Shown: positions 28,455 to 41,900, counted from the first letter of the stretch. The stretch is 64,000 nt of DNA from Eledone cirrhosa (GCA_964016885.1 OZ024758.1:17050001-17114000); one strand, 5' to 3'. Translations and numbers: made by a program. Notes: generated by a model from the sequence alone, not told the origin.

Positions 28455-28781
28455 CACAACTACCATGACCACTACTACAACCACCATATCCAACATACTA
28501 CTACTACTACTACTACTACTACTGTGGCTGCTACTACTACTGCTACTACTACTATTACTGCTGCTGCTGCTACTAGCACCACTACTACCACTACAATCAC
28601 CACCACCACTATTAGCACCACCACAACTACTACTACTAAACTAATATTATTACCACCACCACCACCACCACCACCATTACTACCACTGCCACTACTACCA
28701 CTAATACTGCTGCTACTACTACTGCTGCTGCTACTATTACCACCACCACTACTACTACTACTATAACTACCACTACTACTA

Positions 28782-28814
<33 letters not shown>

Positions 28815-28815
28815 G
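28290..28815. repeat. (CTA/CTG/CCA)n trinucleotide tract
   Basis: Direct reading. A similar tract lies at 42710-43240. Confidence 0.95.
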
Positions 28816-30339
28816 GTATTAATGCTGTTGAAGAGAAGATGGAAGAGATTAGTGATAAACTACAACTTGCTGTATATACTCATAGATAAGTCACTGTTTT
28901 GTTTTGGTTTGGTTTATTTTACTAAAAAAATAAAGAAGGGCCCACAAAACTTGCTACATTTTATCTATTGAACATTTCCCTGCACTGGCAATTCTTAACA
29001 TCCACTAATACACACTCAAACACACACACAAATGCACATAATTACACATAATCACACACATGTGTGCGTACATACATACATACATACATACATACACACA
29101 CATACATACACATACATACTGGTAAATGATTGAGTATGTAAGGCAGGCTGGTCATGTCATTGTGTAGTCTATATGAACAACATCAGCATTCCAAACAAAC
29201 ATTGCTTGATGATAGCATGCAGAAAAACAAACATAACTGCTGATGGAGAATTCGATTTTGCTACAAAACAGATGCATCTGTGGTGTATTCATGTTATATC
29301 GTTCATATCTTTATACACTTTTTTTTTTGCCAGTATTTGCACATAATTTGTTGGCAGAGAAGTGGCGAAAAAAAAAGAAAATGTTGTATTAAAGGTGATA
29401 AAAAAACCAAAAACTAAACCATATGCATTAAATCTTGAAAGATCAGGTTATGAGGCTGGACTCAGCTAGTGTATTACTGAATATATATATACACTAAAGA
29501 GCATAGAAACTGCAATGCTAAGAGTTTAGTGAGGGACTAGTAGAAAGAAAAAGAAAAAGCAGAAGAAACATAAGAAAATGCTAAAGCCAAATTGTGTTTA
29601 ACTGTTTCCTCATTCGAGAAATTCAAAAAAAAGATTTATATACTTGAGAATGTGAATTATATGTGCACAAATGGATTTGCTTTCATTCCTTTAACTATAA
29701 GAAAAAAACTGTTACAACAATTCAAGTATCTAAGTATATATAATATTACTCAAAAGTTCTATGTTTCTGCTGGATGTTGTGTTGTATGATATTAATAAAG
29801 ATAATTGAATGAGTATTATGTCATGTCAGTCTTATACTCTCAGTCGCTTCACGCCATGAAACCGGAATAAGCACCTACCAAATGAACCTTCTGGCTAAAG
29901 AGAGGCTTTAGACTTAGACTGACATAATACTCACTCAATTCTCTGTATTTGGCAGTATCGGTAGAGGGTCGGACGCCATGCTTTTCAGCATAGTTACGTC
30001 CCTTTACGATCTGAGTTCAAATCCCGCCGAGCCTTGTGCCTAAAGTAGAAACAATTAATATCATGCATAATGGCGGTGGATTGGCAGTATCGGCAGAGGG
30101 TCGGGCACTATGCTTTGCAGCATAGAGTTACGGCCCTTTATGACCTGAGTTGAAATCCCGCCGAGGTTAACTTAGTCTTTCATCCTTACGGGGGCGATAA
30201 AATAAAGTACCAGTCACGCACTGGGGTCGATTTAATCGACTTTCCCCTCCAACAAAATTACTGGCCTTGTGCCTATATAAGAAACCATTCATATCATACA
30301 TAGACATAGTTTTGTGATTCTACTAATACAAAAACAGTC

Positions 30340-30628
30340 TAAAAAAAGTCTAAAGTCTGTCTTAAGCCAGAAGGCTGATTTGGTCGGTGCTTATCCTGGT
30401 TTCATGGCATGAAGCAACTGAGAGTACGAGACTCCTCCACCTGGATAGGACACCAGTCCATCGCAGGGTTAAACCCCCAGCTATTGCTGGTACTCATTTT
30501 CAGCTGAGTACACTGGAGCAACGTGAAATGAAGTGTTTTGCTCAAGAACAAAACACGCAACCCAGGAATCGAACCCACGACATTATGATCTTAAGACCAA
30601 TACCCTCACCACTAGGCCACATGCCTCT
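30340..30628 (-). mobile_element. tRNA-derived SINE, third family
   Basis: Minus-strand head GGCATGTGGCCTAGTGGTGAGGG...GGGTTCGATTCC, followed by CCCTGCGATGGACTGG-TGTCCTATCCAGG (V-SINE-like segment). Confidence 0.7.
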
Positions 30629-30740
30629 ACATTATGTCCGTAATGCAGTTATAATGACATGCTCATTAAACCATTCTCTAGATATCAGAAATGCATTTTT
30701 CAGATAACTGATGTTGATATAAAAATTAGTAGCAGAGACT

Positions 30741-30896
30741 CAGGGCCCATAAGAGGGGGTCCAGCCGGTACTTTGTTCTGGGGCTCAAAAGCTTAGATGG
30801 CCCCACAGCAAACATTTATTTTGAGAAAAATCTTTGCCTGCTTTGGGCCCCAAAGGGGTCTTGTGTTGCCTTGCAAAATTTCTCTTAGAGGCCCTG
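30741..30896. mobile_element. Small TIR element (hAT-like termini)
   Basis: CAGGGCCCATAAGAG...CTCTTAGAGGCCCTG; no clear TSD. Confidence 0.45.
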
Positions 30897-31034
30897 TGGT
30901 TGAGCTCTGGCTATTGGGCCTGATTCTCTAATATACTTAAACTCTACTAACCAAGTAGTGAGTATTCCGTTGAATTATGGTCTTACCAATTTAAACTGGT
31001 ATAATCCTGATATATATCTATATATCTATCTATT

Positions 31035-31099
<65 letters not shown>

Positions 31100-31448
31100 G
31101 CTTTCACCCTTAATGGGATCTTCTGAGTTTCAGAATATCCCATTAAGGGTAAAAGCAGTGATTCTTTGATTAAACTTTAATCTATTATTTTAATAAATAT
31201 ATATGTATATATATATGTATATATATATGTATAGAAGTTTATCCAGGTTCAATCGAGGGTAGCCACACTAAGTAAGGTACTCAATACATAGCAGAGTATA
31301 AATATTTAATATAGAAATGGCTTCAACAGGACTAGAACTGTTTCATTTGGGAGAAATCAACAGGAAGCTCTGATGATTTCTTCTGAATTAAACAGTTCTA
31401 GTCCTGTAGAAGCCATTTCTATATTAAACATATATATATGTGTGTGTG

Positions 31449-31481
<33 letters not shown>

Positions 31482-31493
31482 ATATATATATAC

Positions 31494-31537
<44 letters not shown>

Positions 31538-31930
31538 AGATATGTGTGTGTATATATATATACACACACATGTGGGAGCCCCTACATGGACACACTGGAA
31601 GAGGAAGACCAAGGTTAACGTATGTTGATGCCCTAAGGGCAGACACTTGTCTGTTGGAGACGCAGGTCATGGCAGCGCTAATGAGGGACAGAGACCGCTG
31701 GAGAGAACTCGTCCATGGATCTCAGGAATTTTACCCGCCCTAGATAGGTAGATATATATACATATATATATAATATTAAGGATACTATTTATAGCTATAT
31801 ATATTTTAAACTTTTTATAGTTATGTATATTTTAAACCATAAACAGGGAAGGTCAGTAATTTATTACTACCTTATTACCAGTAAGATACATAGCTCAATG
31901 TAATAACATCAGTTGTTCTACAGAGCAGTT

Positions 31931-32715
31931 ATATAGAATTCACAAGAATCAAAGCTATGTTCAAAGCATTTATTCACTTACAATTGTTTAATCCAAACCT
32001 TGGCTTGGAGTCTTCGGAGCATTTTTCAATGTTTGTACACATAATTGACCTCCTATCCAACACAAGAGACATACAGGTACATATATATATATTGATGTAC
32101 AGTGGAGTGACATATATTATACTATGCTATATTTGTACAGCAATTCAAATTCAAAATCAAAATCAAAATTAAAATTAAAATTAAAATACATGCGGCAGAT
32201 AACACAGATAATGCAAGAGGATAGTTTGATAGTCAGATCTAGTAGGTAGTGTATGCGTTAGTTACACATGGAGCATGCAAGTGTGTGTCATTTATATACG
32301 ATTATTGTGCGGCAAGGTGTTACATGTAATGCAAGCAATAATCGTATATAAATGAGACACACTTGCATGCTCCATGTGTAACTAACGCATACACTACCTA
32401 CTAGATCTGACTATCAAACTATCCTCTTGCATTATCTGTGTTATCTGCCGAATGTATTTTAATTTTAATTTTAATTTTGATTTTAATTTTGAATTTGAAT
32501 TGCTGTACAAATATAGTATAGTATAATATATATCACTCCACACTACATCAATATATATATATATGTACCTGTATGTCTCTTGCGTTGGATAGGAGGTCAA
32601 TTATGTGTACAAACATTGAAAAATGTTCTGAAGACTCCAAGCCTAGGTTTGGATGAAACAATTGTAAGTGAATAAATGCTTTGAACATACATTTGATTCT
32701 TGTGAATTCTATATA
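31931..32715. repeat. Long inverted repeat / foldback element
   Basis: Arms of about 375 bp (31931-32307 and 32336-32715), highly similar, with a 28-bp spacer and TA-rich flanks. Confidence 0.92.
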
Positions 32716-32852
32716 TATATATATATATAAGATTGAAGAGTATGAGTGAGAGCAGGACAGTTATCCTTCTGCTTAAAGTGGTCCTATAATTATCAAACAG
32801 AGCATGGAATTACAATTGTATGATACATATTAAAGAAATTTCTCAATAAAGG

Positions 32853-32900
<48 letters not shown>

Positions 32901-33399
32901 AACAGCGCCACATATTTCTTCTTCAAGACTATATTTTGTATATACTCTCATCTCTCCTATTAAAAATCTATTTGTCTTGAAATGCATTGATATTGCAGAA
33001 GTTGTTCTAATAACTCTCTCAAAGTTGATACAGTTTCAGATATCACTGTCAAAATATTTGGAGATTTTATTGAAAGTTTCTTCTAAATATATATATCTGA
33101 TCTGCAAGTATGACAATAATGTTTGTGTCATGTCTATAGTCGTAGCTGTCACTCACCTACTATGTGTAACTAATTTCAATAAGACAGCTCACAATATGAA
33201 GAACATTATTTGGAAACTTACTGAAGGTATTAAACAAAGAATATTTAATGATGATAAAGTAAAACAAAGATGATCTTGCTCATAAATATTTATTAATCAA
33301 TATTGCATCCTGTTTAATTGAAGAAGATTCTAGAAATATAAGGGCAGATACATATATGCAATAAAACCAGAGATGGTCCACAGAAGATATATCACAAAT

Positions 33400-33852
33400 T
33401 CTTCTTCTTATTGTGTCCACAAGAGTGTCAGTTACAGAGCTTGGCGAGATATGATTCTGCCACAGCTGGACACATTGCTATCCTTTCTCATTAAACTCTG
33501 CCAAGTCTAATGTTGTCCAGGGGTGTTCTGGCAGGGGGCATATCAGGAGGTGCTGTGTAGTCAGTGGTTCGATGCTGCAGCCACACACAACGACCCCATC
33601 CTTTAAATATCCCCATTTTACAAGAATGACTTTTGCATGTCCAACATCAGATGTAAGTTTGTTTAGGCATTTCCACACTGCATATTTTGTATCTGCTCCA
33701 GGGGGCAGTGCCGCACTCATTTTTAGCTCCATTGTTGTTACAGATGGGAGGTTCTTAAGTTTTTTTTCCCAGTGAGTGACTCTTTCACTACTTATGCTTC
33801 ATGTTCCAAGTGGCGTGATGCTCTTTAGGAAACATTTCCTGGATTTAAGGAA
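33400..33852 (-). mobile_element. Vingi/Ingi-like LINE 3' fragment with TSD
   Basis: WKCLNKL...KWGY...CGC...TTQHLLICP zinc-knuckle C-terminus and (GAA)n tail. ATATCACAAAT is duplicated at 33389-33399 and 33853-33863. Confidence 0.75.
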
Positions 33853-33937
33853 ATATCACAAATAAGAAATGAAGAACCAAGTTTCCAAATGTAATTCAAT
33901 ATGCTGTATGATGTTGATGGAAAATATGTGATTGTTA

Positions 33938-34131
33938 CAGACCTGTCAATTCTTCCAGACCGACAGGGAGATCTCCGCGTTTTGGCTTATTTCTCCCTGC
34001 TCCCCATTTTTGTGAAAATGGATATAGCTCTCATTATGTAAAATCTCCCTACTTTGGATCATTTCTCCCCAGTTTGGGGCACTTTTTTTCATGGTACTCC
34101 CCATTTGGCTATTTAGAGGTTGGCAAGTCTG
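33938..34131. mobile_element. Small TIR element (hAT-like)
   Basis: CAGACCTGTCAA...TTGGCAAGTCTG termini. Confidence 0.5.
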
Positions 34132-34717
34132 CTGTTAAGAATGAGATTAGATTTTAAAACTATTTCAAATAGATCTATTAATAATCTTCTAGTGTACGTG
34201 TGTGTACCAGTCACACACTGTATTTGTGACAGCTCACACCTATGGAGATTTAGCTGGCCTCCTCCAAGGTATATCTTGTTGGAGGTGTCTTGGGTGATGA
34301 TAGGGAACCCAGTCCTATCATCTCATTTCTACAGCTGAGTAAACTGGAGCAACGTGAAATAAAGTGCCTTGCTCAAGGAAACAACACATCACCCGGTCCG
34401 AGAATTGAACTCACAACCTTTTGATTGCAAGCCAAATGCTCTAACCACTAAGCCATGCATAAGTGTATAGAATATATGGAATTGTGAAAGGTATCACAAT
34501 GCATGATTATGTATCAACTACCTATGATATATATCATCATCATCAACATCATCATCATCATTTTACGTCCTTCTGATGAAGGATTAGCATCTGAAATATT
34601 AAGACCCTCTTCCTGCTATAGGAAGTGTTAACCTAATATATCCCTTCCATATACTGTACCGATTGTGTCATTATTTCTGTTTACCTTTTACACATATCTA
34701 TCTATCTATCTATCTAT

Positions 34718-35082
34718 TATCATCATCATCATCACCATCATCATCATCATCCTCATCCTCATCCTCATCCTCATTTTACGTCCGCTTTTCCCTGCTAGCA
34801 AAGGTTGGACGGGTCCTATTCAGCATCAGCACAGCATCTCTCCACTTGTCACGGTCCTTCGTCATCTCCTCCATGAGTTTCAGCGATCTGAGGTCTGCTC
34901 TCACCACCTCTGCCCATGTCTTTCGTGGTCTTCCTCTACTGCATCTTCGTTCCACCGGGATTTCTTGGCACTTCTTTCCGCAGCGGTCATCCCCCATGCG
35001 CATCACATGTCCATACCATCTCAGTCTTCTCTCCTGCACACCACAATTCATCCCTCTTATACAGTTTCTCTCTCAACTCGTC
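34718..35082 (-). mobile_element. RTE LINE 3' fragment
   Basis: ERRLRWYGHVMRM...RGRPRKTW and (GAT)n tail. The same subfamily occurs at 42250-42621 (+) and 43952-44540 (+). Confidence 0.9.
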
Positions 35083-35259
35083 TATATATAGTAACAAAAT
35101 AGCAATTGCACCTTGTGGGACTCGCACTTGTGGGCAGCCAACTCCACTCCAATAGCAGAGAGTAGGGATGTTGTCCGGGAAGACTCCACTGCTATAGGCT
35201 CTAAAGCTCTTGAATATTTAATCTAAAACGTTGGCTATGATGGAAGTGGGGTGGTGTGT

Positions 35260-35395
35260 GTGTGAGAGAGAGGGACATGAGAGTGAGAAAAAGATTGAGA
35301 GTGAGAGAGTAGGAGAGAGAGAGATAGAGAGAGAGAAGGAGAGGGAGAAGGAAAGAGTGAGAGATAGAAAGAGAGAGAGTTAAAGAGAGAGAGTT

Positions 35396-35455
<60 letters not shown>

Positions 35456-35655
35456 TTAAAGAGAGAGAGAGAGAAGGAGAGAGATAGAGAGAAGGAGAGA
35501 GAGAGAGAGAGAGAAGAAAAGAGAGAGAGAGAGAAAGAGAAGGAGAGAGAGAGAAAGAGAGAGAGTGAGAGGAGGAGAGAGAGATAGAGAAAGAGAGAAG
35601 GAGTGAGAGAGAAAAGGAGAGAGAGTGAGAGAGAAAGAGAGAGAGAGAGTGAGCA
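35260..35655. repeat. (GA)n-rich microsatellite
   Basis: Direct reading. Confidence 0.95.
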
Positions 35656-35720
35656 GAGGGGGTTAGTGGCAACATTAAAAAGTTCTTCAACCCTTTACCA
35701 TTCACATTACTCTATATATA

Positions 35721-35905
35721 GGGCGGTGGATTGGCAGTATCGGTAGAGGGTCGGACGCCATGCTTTCCAGCATAGTTACGTCCCTTTACGATCTGAGTTC
35801 AAATCCCGCCGAGGTTAACTTTGCCTTTCATCCTTACGGGGTCGATAAAATAAAGTACCAGTAATGCACTGGTTAATTGCTGGCCTTGTGCCTAAAGTAG
35901 AAACA
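35721..35905 (+). mobile_element. Young SINE S1 with 15-bp TSD nested in a piggyBac-like MITE
   Basis: TSD ATTACTCTATATATA at 35706-35720 and 35906-35920. Confidence 0.92.
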
Positions 35906-36098
35906 ATTACTCTATATATATTATTATATTTTCATGGTAAATGCTTTATCTCTCATAATTATCTCACATAATATCGAATCTATGAGATTTTGAAAGTATA
36001 TATTTTGAGAACATACTTACATATGAGTGGCCTGTTACAGCCAGTTTCAACAGAGAGAGGTAGAGAATTTTGGCCGGTTTGAACATTAAAGGGTTAAC

Positions 36099-36606
36099 AT
36101 ATCATCATCATCATCATCATCATCATCAGGTTTAGCGTCCGTGTTCCACGCTTGCATGGGTTTGGACGGGGGTTTTCCCACTTGAGGCAAGAGTGGTTGT
36201 CTTGCTCGCATAGGACTGTCTGGCGGGTTTTCTACAGTTGGATGCCCTTCCTAACACCAACCACATTTACAGTGTGGGGCTGGGAGGTTTTTACCGTGTT
36301 GCTTACACGGCCACATTACAGCGTGGATTGTCTGGCGGGTTTTCTACAGCTGGATGCCCTTCCTAACACCAACCACATTTACAGTGTGGGGCTGGGAGGT
36401 TTTTACCGTGTTGCCTACACGGCCACATTTACAGCGTGGACTGTTGTGTTTTTTTGTCGTGACACCTACACGATCTCATTTGTTTCGGCCTGGATGTTGT
36501 GGGACCAACATAACTTTACATTGAAAGGGGCGGTGTGGATGGGGTGGAGGTGGTGGGACGGGGGTGTGTTTTGATAGAGATGCCTACTGGCTGTAGTAGG
36601 TTTTAT
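36099..36606 (-). mobile_element. 3'UTR-only copy of the young RTE LINE
   Basis: Near identical to 61565-62067. Confidence 0.9.
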
Positions 36607-37489
36607 ATCTTTGTGAAAAGGGGATGATAAGAATGAGTGTGTGTGTATGTATATGTGTGTGTGTGTGTGTGTGCATGACCTAGTACCAGCCTCTGGCTCG
36701 GTGGTTCAGGGCTACAGGTATATATTGGTGTTTACTGAAAATATATTGGTGTTATAGATTTTCAATGTATCATTTTCTATTAACTCTTTTGATACTAAAC
36801 AGGCCATATTTCTATGAAATAAAACTGTTTACTTTAAAGCATTTATATTTATCTAAAAACTTTTGCTAATAATTTTATATAAGAATCTTTGTTAAGTTAT
36901 ATTCCAAACATTAGATAAAAACAAGAAAACATTTTTTTTTTCCTAAAACTGTATTTTAAAATATTTATTTTTCTCTAAAAACTTTCAATAATAATTTTAT
37001 ATAAGAATTTTTGTTGAATTATATTTCAAACACTAGATAAAAAAAAAAGAAATTTTTTTTTTCCTAAATCACTCGGGAATTCTTGATTATTTTCAAAATT
37101 ATTTGGAAATCAAAGACTGTGTCTTTTATTAAAAATATTGTAATAAAAGGGTTAAGTCAAGACAAGAGAAAAAAGGGAAACAATATGGCCTAGGGTACAG
37201 GAAAAATAATAAATAGAGGGTTTAAAGTAATTATGTTTGGAGAGTCATTTGAACAACATTTCAAAATGTACTGCATGACATGTTGTAAATACAGAACATA
37301 GAAGCTAACATTAAACAATAATTAATGAAAATTCCCCCAAGATAAAACGAGTTATTATGAATCCAAAGAGAAATATATAGTTGAAGCACAAATTTCTATT
37401 AATGCTTATATGTAATTGGAAAAATTGAGGAACAGATGAGTGGTTAAGAGGTTCGTTTTGTAACCACATAGGTATTAACATATATATAA

Positions 37490-38105
37490 CTGTTTCTACT
37501 TTTTGGCACAAGCCCAGCAATTACCCCAGTGCATTACTGGTACTTTAATTTATCGATTCCTGAAGGATAAATGAAGGACAAAGCTAACCTCGGCGAGATT
37601 TGAACTCAGAACGTAAAGGGCCATAACTCTATGCTGCAAACTATGGCATCCGACCCTCTACCGAATACTGTCAATGCATTAATTATTTTGTAATCATGTA
37701 GGTATTGATATATATATAACTGTTTCTACTTTTGGCACAAGGCCGACAATTATCCCAATGCATTACTGGTACTTTATTTTATCGACCACGTAAGGATGAA
37801 AGGCAAATTTAACCCCGGCGGGATTTGAACTCAGAACGTAAAGGGCCGTAACTCTATGCTGCAAAGCATGGTGCCTGATGCTCTACTGATACTGCCTATC
37901 TACCACTCTTATAATAATAATTATTTCTACTTTTGGCACAAGGCCAGCAATTATCCCAGTGCATTACTGGTACTTTATTTTATCGACCACGTAAGGATGA
38001 AAGGCAAAGTTAACCTCGATGGGATTTGAACTCAGACCGTAAAGGGCCGTAACTCTATGCTGCAAAGCATGGCGCCCGGCCTTCTACAGATACTGCCAAT
38101 CCACC
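37490..38105 (-). mobile_element. Three tandem SINE S1 copies
   Basis: Repeated S1 head/central/tail units. A similar cluster of four lies at 44745-45535 (+). Confidence 0.85.
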
Positions 38106-38699
38106 CGAATAATAATAATAATGTTGTCATCTTCATCGTCATCATCATCACCACAACAAACACCACCGCCGTTTAACATCCATTTTCCACGCTAGTATGG
38201 CTATAAACAATAACTAACTATCTCTATATACCAAACAAATAGTTAAGATAAACCAGTGTTATACACCAACAAAACCGAAACTTATTGAAGATCTATTTTC
38301 GTCTATATGGCCTTTTAATTTCATTTCCACATAATCCAAAAATTCTGGTCTGCTCATTTATAATAAAGACTAAGTTAATTTTATATCTATTTCTCAATGT
38401 TATTCAGTATTAGATCTATTGCATCTTAGACAGTAATATCTCTTTGATATTATGTATCATCTCCAAAACTGTGATTTGCTATTACTCAGTATACCTGAAC
38501 AATAATGAAAATTAAGTAAACTTGAAAAGACGTGAGATCTCAGACTTCCAGCCATGATCAATGAGAAGCTATTTACATTAGTAATTTAAGAAGCTATGTA
38601 ATAAAGTTGTAAAGCCAGAAGCATTCTCACATGTCATACATATGTATATACCAAATACTCAGACATACAGACACTCACATATATGTATATATACGCACA

Positions 38700-38745
<46 letters not shown>

Positions 38746-39099
38746 AATATATATTAATACATACATAAATATATATTAATACATACACAAATATATATAT
38801 ACACTAACATAAATATATACTAATATATACATATATGTATATATATGCATATATATATATGCACATATATATATGCCCATATATATACATATATATATAT
38901 ATACACATGCATATAGAGGGAGAGAGAGAGAGAAACAAGGTAAATTTTGTTACTAACAGACATATATATATATGTGTAGGAGGTGAGTTTTATTGTAGTA
39001 CAATAAAGCAATGCAGATATCGGATAAGTAGCACTCTACAGTTTGTAGGACTGGAGTATAAATAATATAAGATCAAAAGATGGTTAAAAGAGTTCCATG

Positions 39100-39170
39100 T
39101 ATTTTATTATGCGCATTTCAAAAACAAATATCATCATGCGATGACATTTGCGTTTTCGTCAGATAGAATA
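39100..39170 (-). ncRNA. Type I hammerhead ribozyme (paralogue of 58420-58490)
   Basis: Minus strand: TATTCTAT-CTGACGA-AAACGCAAATGTCATC-GCAT-GATGATATTTGTTTTT-GAAA-TGCGCA-TA-ATAAAATA. Confidence 0.8.
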
Positions 39171-39328
39171 GGGAGACATGATATGAAGGTTAAAAAACAC
39201 TTGTGGATAGTGCAGTTTTAAATCAACATATGTTGATTTAAAATTGTTTTCAAAATGAATAATATAAAAATCTTTTATATTCGATATTAACTGAGATAAT
39301 TATGTGAGATAAAGTGTTTACCTTCAAG

Positions 39329-40805
39329 ATCATCATCATCATCATCATCAGCATCAGGTTTAGCGTCCGTGTTCCACGCTTGCATGGGTTTGGACGGGGG
39401 TTTTCCCACTTGAGGCAAGAGTGGTTGTCTTGCTCGCATAGGACTGTCTGGCGGGTTTTCTACAGTTGGATGCCCTTCCTAACACCAACCACATTTACAG
39501 TGTGGGGCTGGGAGGTTTTTACCGTGTTGCCTACACGGCCACATTACAGCGTGGACTGTCTGGCGGGTTTTCTACAGCTGGATGCCCTTCCTAACACCAA
39601 CCACATTTACAGTGTGGGGCTGGGAGGTTTTTACCGTGTTGCCTACACGGCCACATTTACAGCGTGGACTGTGTGTTTTTTGTCGTGACACCTACACGAT
39701 CTCATTTGTTTCGGCCTGGATGTTGTGGGACCAACATAACTTTACATTGAAAGGGGCGGTGTGGGTGGGGTGGAGGTGGTGGGACGGGGGTGTGTTTTGA
39801 TAGAGGTGCCTACTGACTGTAGTAGGTTTTTACTTTGTATTTAGGTAAGGCGGGTCTTCTCTATTACTGAGTACCGCCAAAGGTCTCGGTCCAGTGACAT
39901 TGTCTTGGAGAGGTGTAAGCGTGTGAGGTCGGAATTTATCAGCTCGTCCCATGTTTTTCTGGGTCTGCCTACTCCGTGGCTACCGTCTATCTTTATTGCC
40001 CTGCACTTTGTTATACAGCTGTCGTCTTTCATGCGCATCACGTGACCGTACCAACGTAGCCTTCTCTCGAGTAAACAACATCTGATCCCTCTTATTTCTA
40101 ATTTTTTCCTTAGTTCGTTTATGCTTTGCCGTTCACGTATATTACTATTGCACATCCAGCGGAGCATGCAAGCTTCGTTCCTCTCTAGTCTGCGTATATC
40201 CTCTGCACACAATGCCCAGGTCTCACTGCCATGCAGCATTGCTGTTCGTATGCAGGCATCGTATAACCTGCCTTTCATTTTTAGGGAGAACCCTCTAGCG
40301 GCTAATAGTGGTATAAGCTCTCTGAACTTTTTCCATCCAGTTCTGACTCTAGCTACTGTACTTTCAGAGCACCCTCCCCCACTGCTGATTTTGTCACCCA
40401 GATAACGGAAGCTGTCCACTATTTCTATAGAACCCTCTGCGCAGTTGAAGGAGCTAGTATTTTGTGGGCACTTGCTGCTACTTATTGCACCAGAGCACCG
40501 GCCACATGTAAAATCTATGTTCTTTGTTAGCTTACCTGTGATCCCACTACATCTTTTATGCACCCATACTTTGCATTTGGGACATAAAATGGAGTTTCTA
40601 CCTACGCCTTTCCTACACACTGAGCATGGCCATTTCCCCGATGGGACCGCCGCCTTATTTTCTTTCCTACAAACTAGAACTTTAGTCTTAGCCAGGTTAA
40701 TTTTAAGGCCTTTTGATTCTAGGCCGTGCTTCCACGTTTGGAATTTCTTCTCTAGTTCGGTCATTGATTCAGCTATGAGCGTTAGATCATCTGCGTATAG
40801 GAGTT
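39329..40805 (-). mobile_element. 5'-truncated copy of the young RTE LINE (from YADD to tail)
   Basis: Translation is nearly identical to the C-terminal part of ORF 58895-61558. The copy is inserted inside a piggyBac-like MITE. Confidence 0.95.
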
Positions 40806-40827
40806 GCAATAGTAAATATAGAGTAAT

Positions 40828-41009
40828 TGTTTCTACTTTAGGCACAAGGCCAGCAATTACCCAGTGCATTACTGGTACTTTATTTTATCGACCCCGTAAG
40901 GATGAAAGGCAAAGTCAACCTCGGCGGGATTTGAACTCAGATCGTAAAGGGACGTAACTATGCTGGAAAGCATGGCGTCCGACCCTCTACCGATACTGCC
41001 AATCCACCG
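40828..41009 (-). mobile_element. Young SINE S1 with 18-bp TSD (1 mismatch)
   Basis: TAGTAAATATAGAGTAAT at 40810-40827 and TAGTATATATAGAGTAAT at 41042-41059. Confidence 0.88.
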
Positions 41010-41853
41010 ACCATCTATCGATAATGCCATATCACTGCCCTTAGTATATATAGAGTAATGTAAAGGCTAAAGGGTTAAGTTGCTCATTTCTTTCACTTCA
41101 AGTTTATTGCTTATAACAAGAAATAGCTGGTACAAAGAACATATCAAGTCACATCAATCAGTCAGGAGTTGAACCTGTTTTGACGATTTGACTTCCTAAG
41201 AGGTTACTACCATACTTTTGTAATTACAGTTTTATATTTCTTAACAAGCAATGGAATTTATAAGACATGCGTAGAAGAAGTTATAAAAGTTAAATACTGA
41301 ATTTTAGTTTTGAGGCATTAAGGAAACTTTTGTAAAATTGAGGGAGCATAGTTGACTGACATAACCCCTACAATACTCTCTTCATATTCAATCAAAACAG
41401 ATGCAATAGTGACCTTTTGGCTGAAGAGTTGTCAAATTTTATCCCCTGTATAACTTGTAATTTTTATAATAAGCTTATTGATACAGTCTCCCAGGCTATT
41501 GACTGTTATAGTCTGCACACTCCAGCCAATGTCCTTGCTTTCAGTATAGCTAGGAAATCATAGTTATATCTACCAGATAGCAATGAAATATTGATTTTAT
41601 TCTAATACTAATACTACAGGAGTAACTCACAGAAAAATGATTACCTGAGTTAAACACAGATACTTAAATACTGGCAGAGAAAATGAGAATTTTATATATA
41701 TAGATATCATCATCATCATCCTCATCGTTTAACATCTATCTTCCACGCTAGCATGGATTAGATGAAAGTTGTCCCAATTTGAGGCAAGGTTGGCCTGGTG
41801 ACCGTGTCTCGCTCGTATAGGAATATATATATATATATATTTCGTTTCTGAAT

Positions 41854-41900
41854 TTGTCACTGAAGAGGTCACAGAATGTGTGACAAAAGAACTTTGACAA
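41854..41900 (+). ncRNA. Decayed hammerhead ribozyme
   Basis: TTGTCA-CTGAAGA-gGTCACA gaatg TGTGAC-AAAA (GAAA lost at a CpG)-GAAC-TT-TGACAA, with a 6-bp stem I. Lies between (TA)n tracts. Confidence 0.55.

Noticed and set aside
34573-34604. CTGATGA-aGGAT TAGC ATCT-GAAA-TATT hammerhead-like motif
   Set aside because: Stem I is only about 3 bp and the cleavage triplet is unclear. It is probably a decayed relative but is not supportable alone.
35721-35810. tRNA gene
   Set aside because: A/B boxes are present but continue into a SINE body with tail and TSD, with no full cloverleaf.
40806-40869. N-terminus MHWVIAGLVPK... of ORF 39841-40869
   Set aside because: It comes from the adjacent SINE and MITE sequence, a chance in-frame fusion to the truncated RT.
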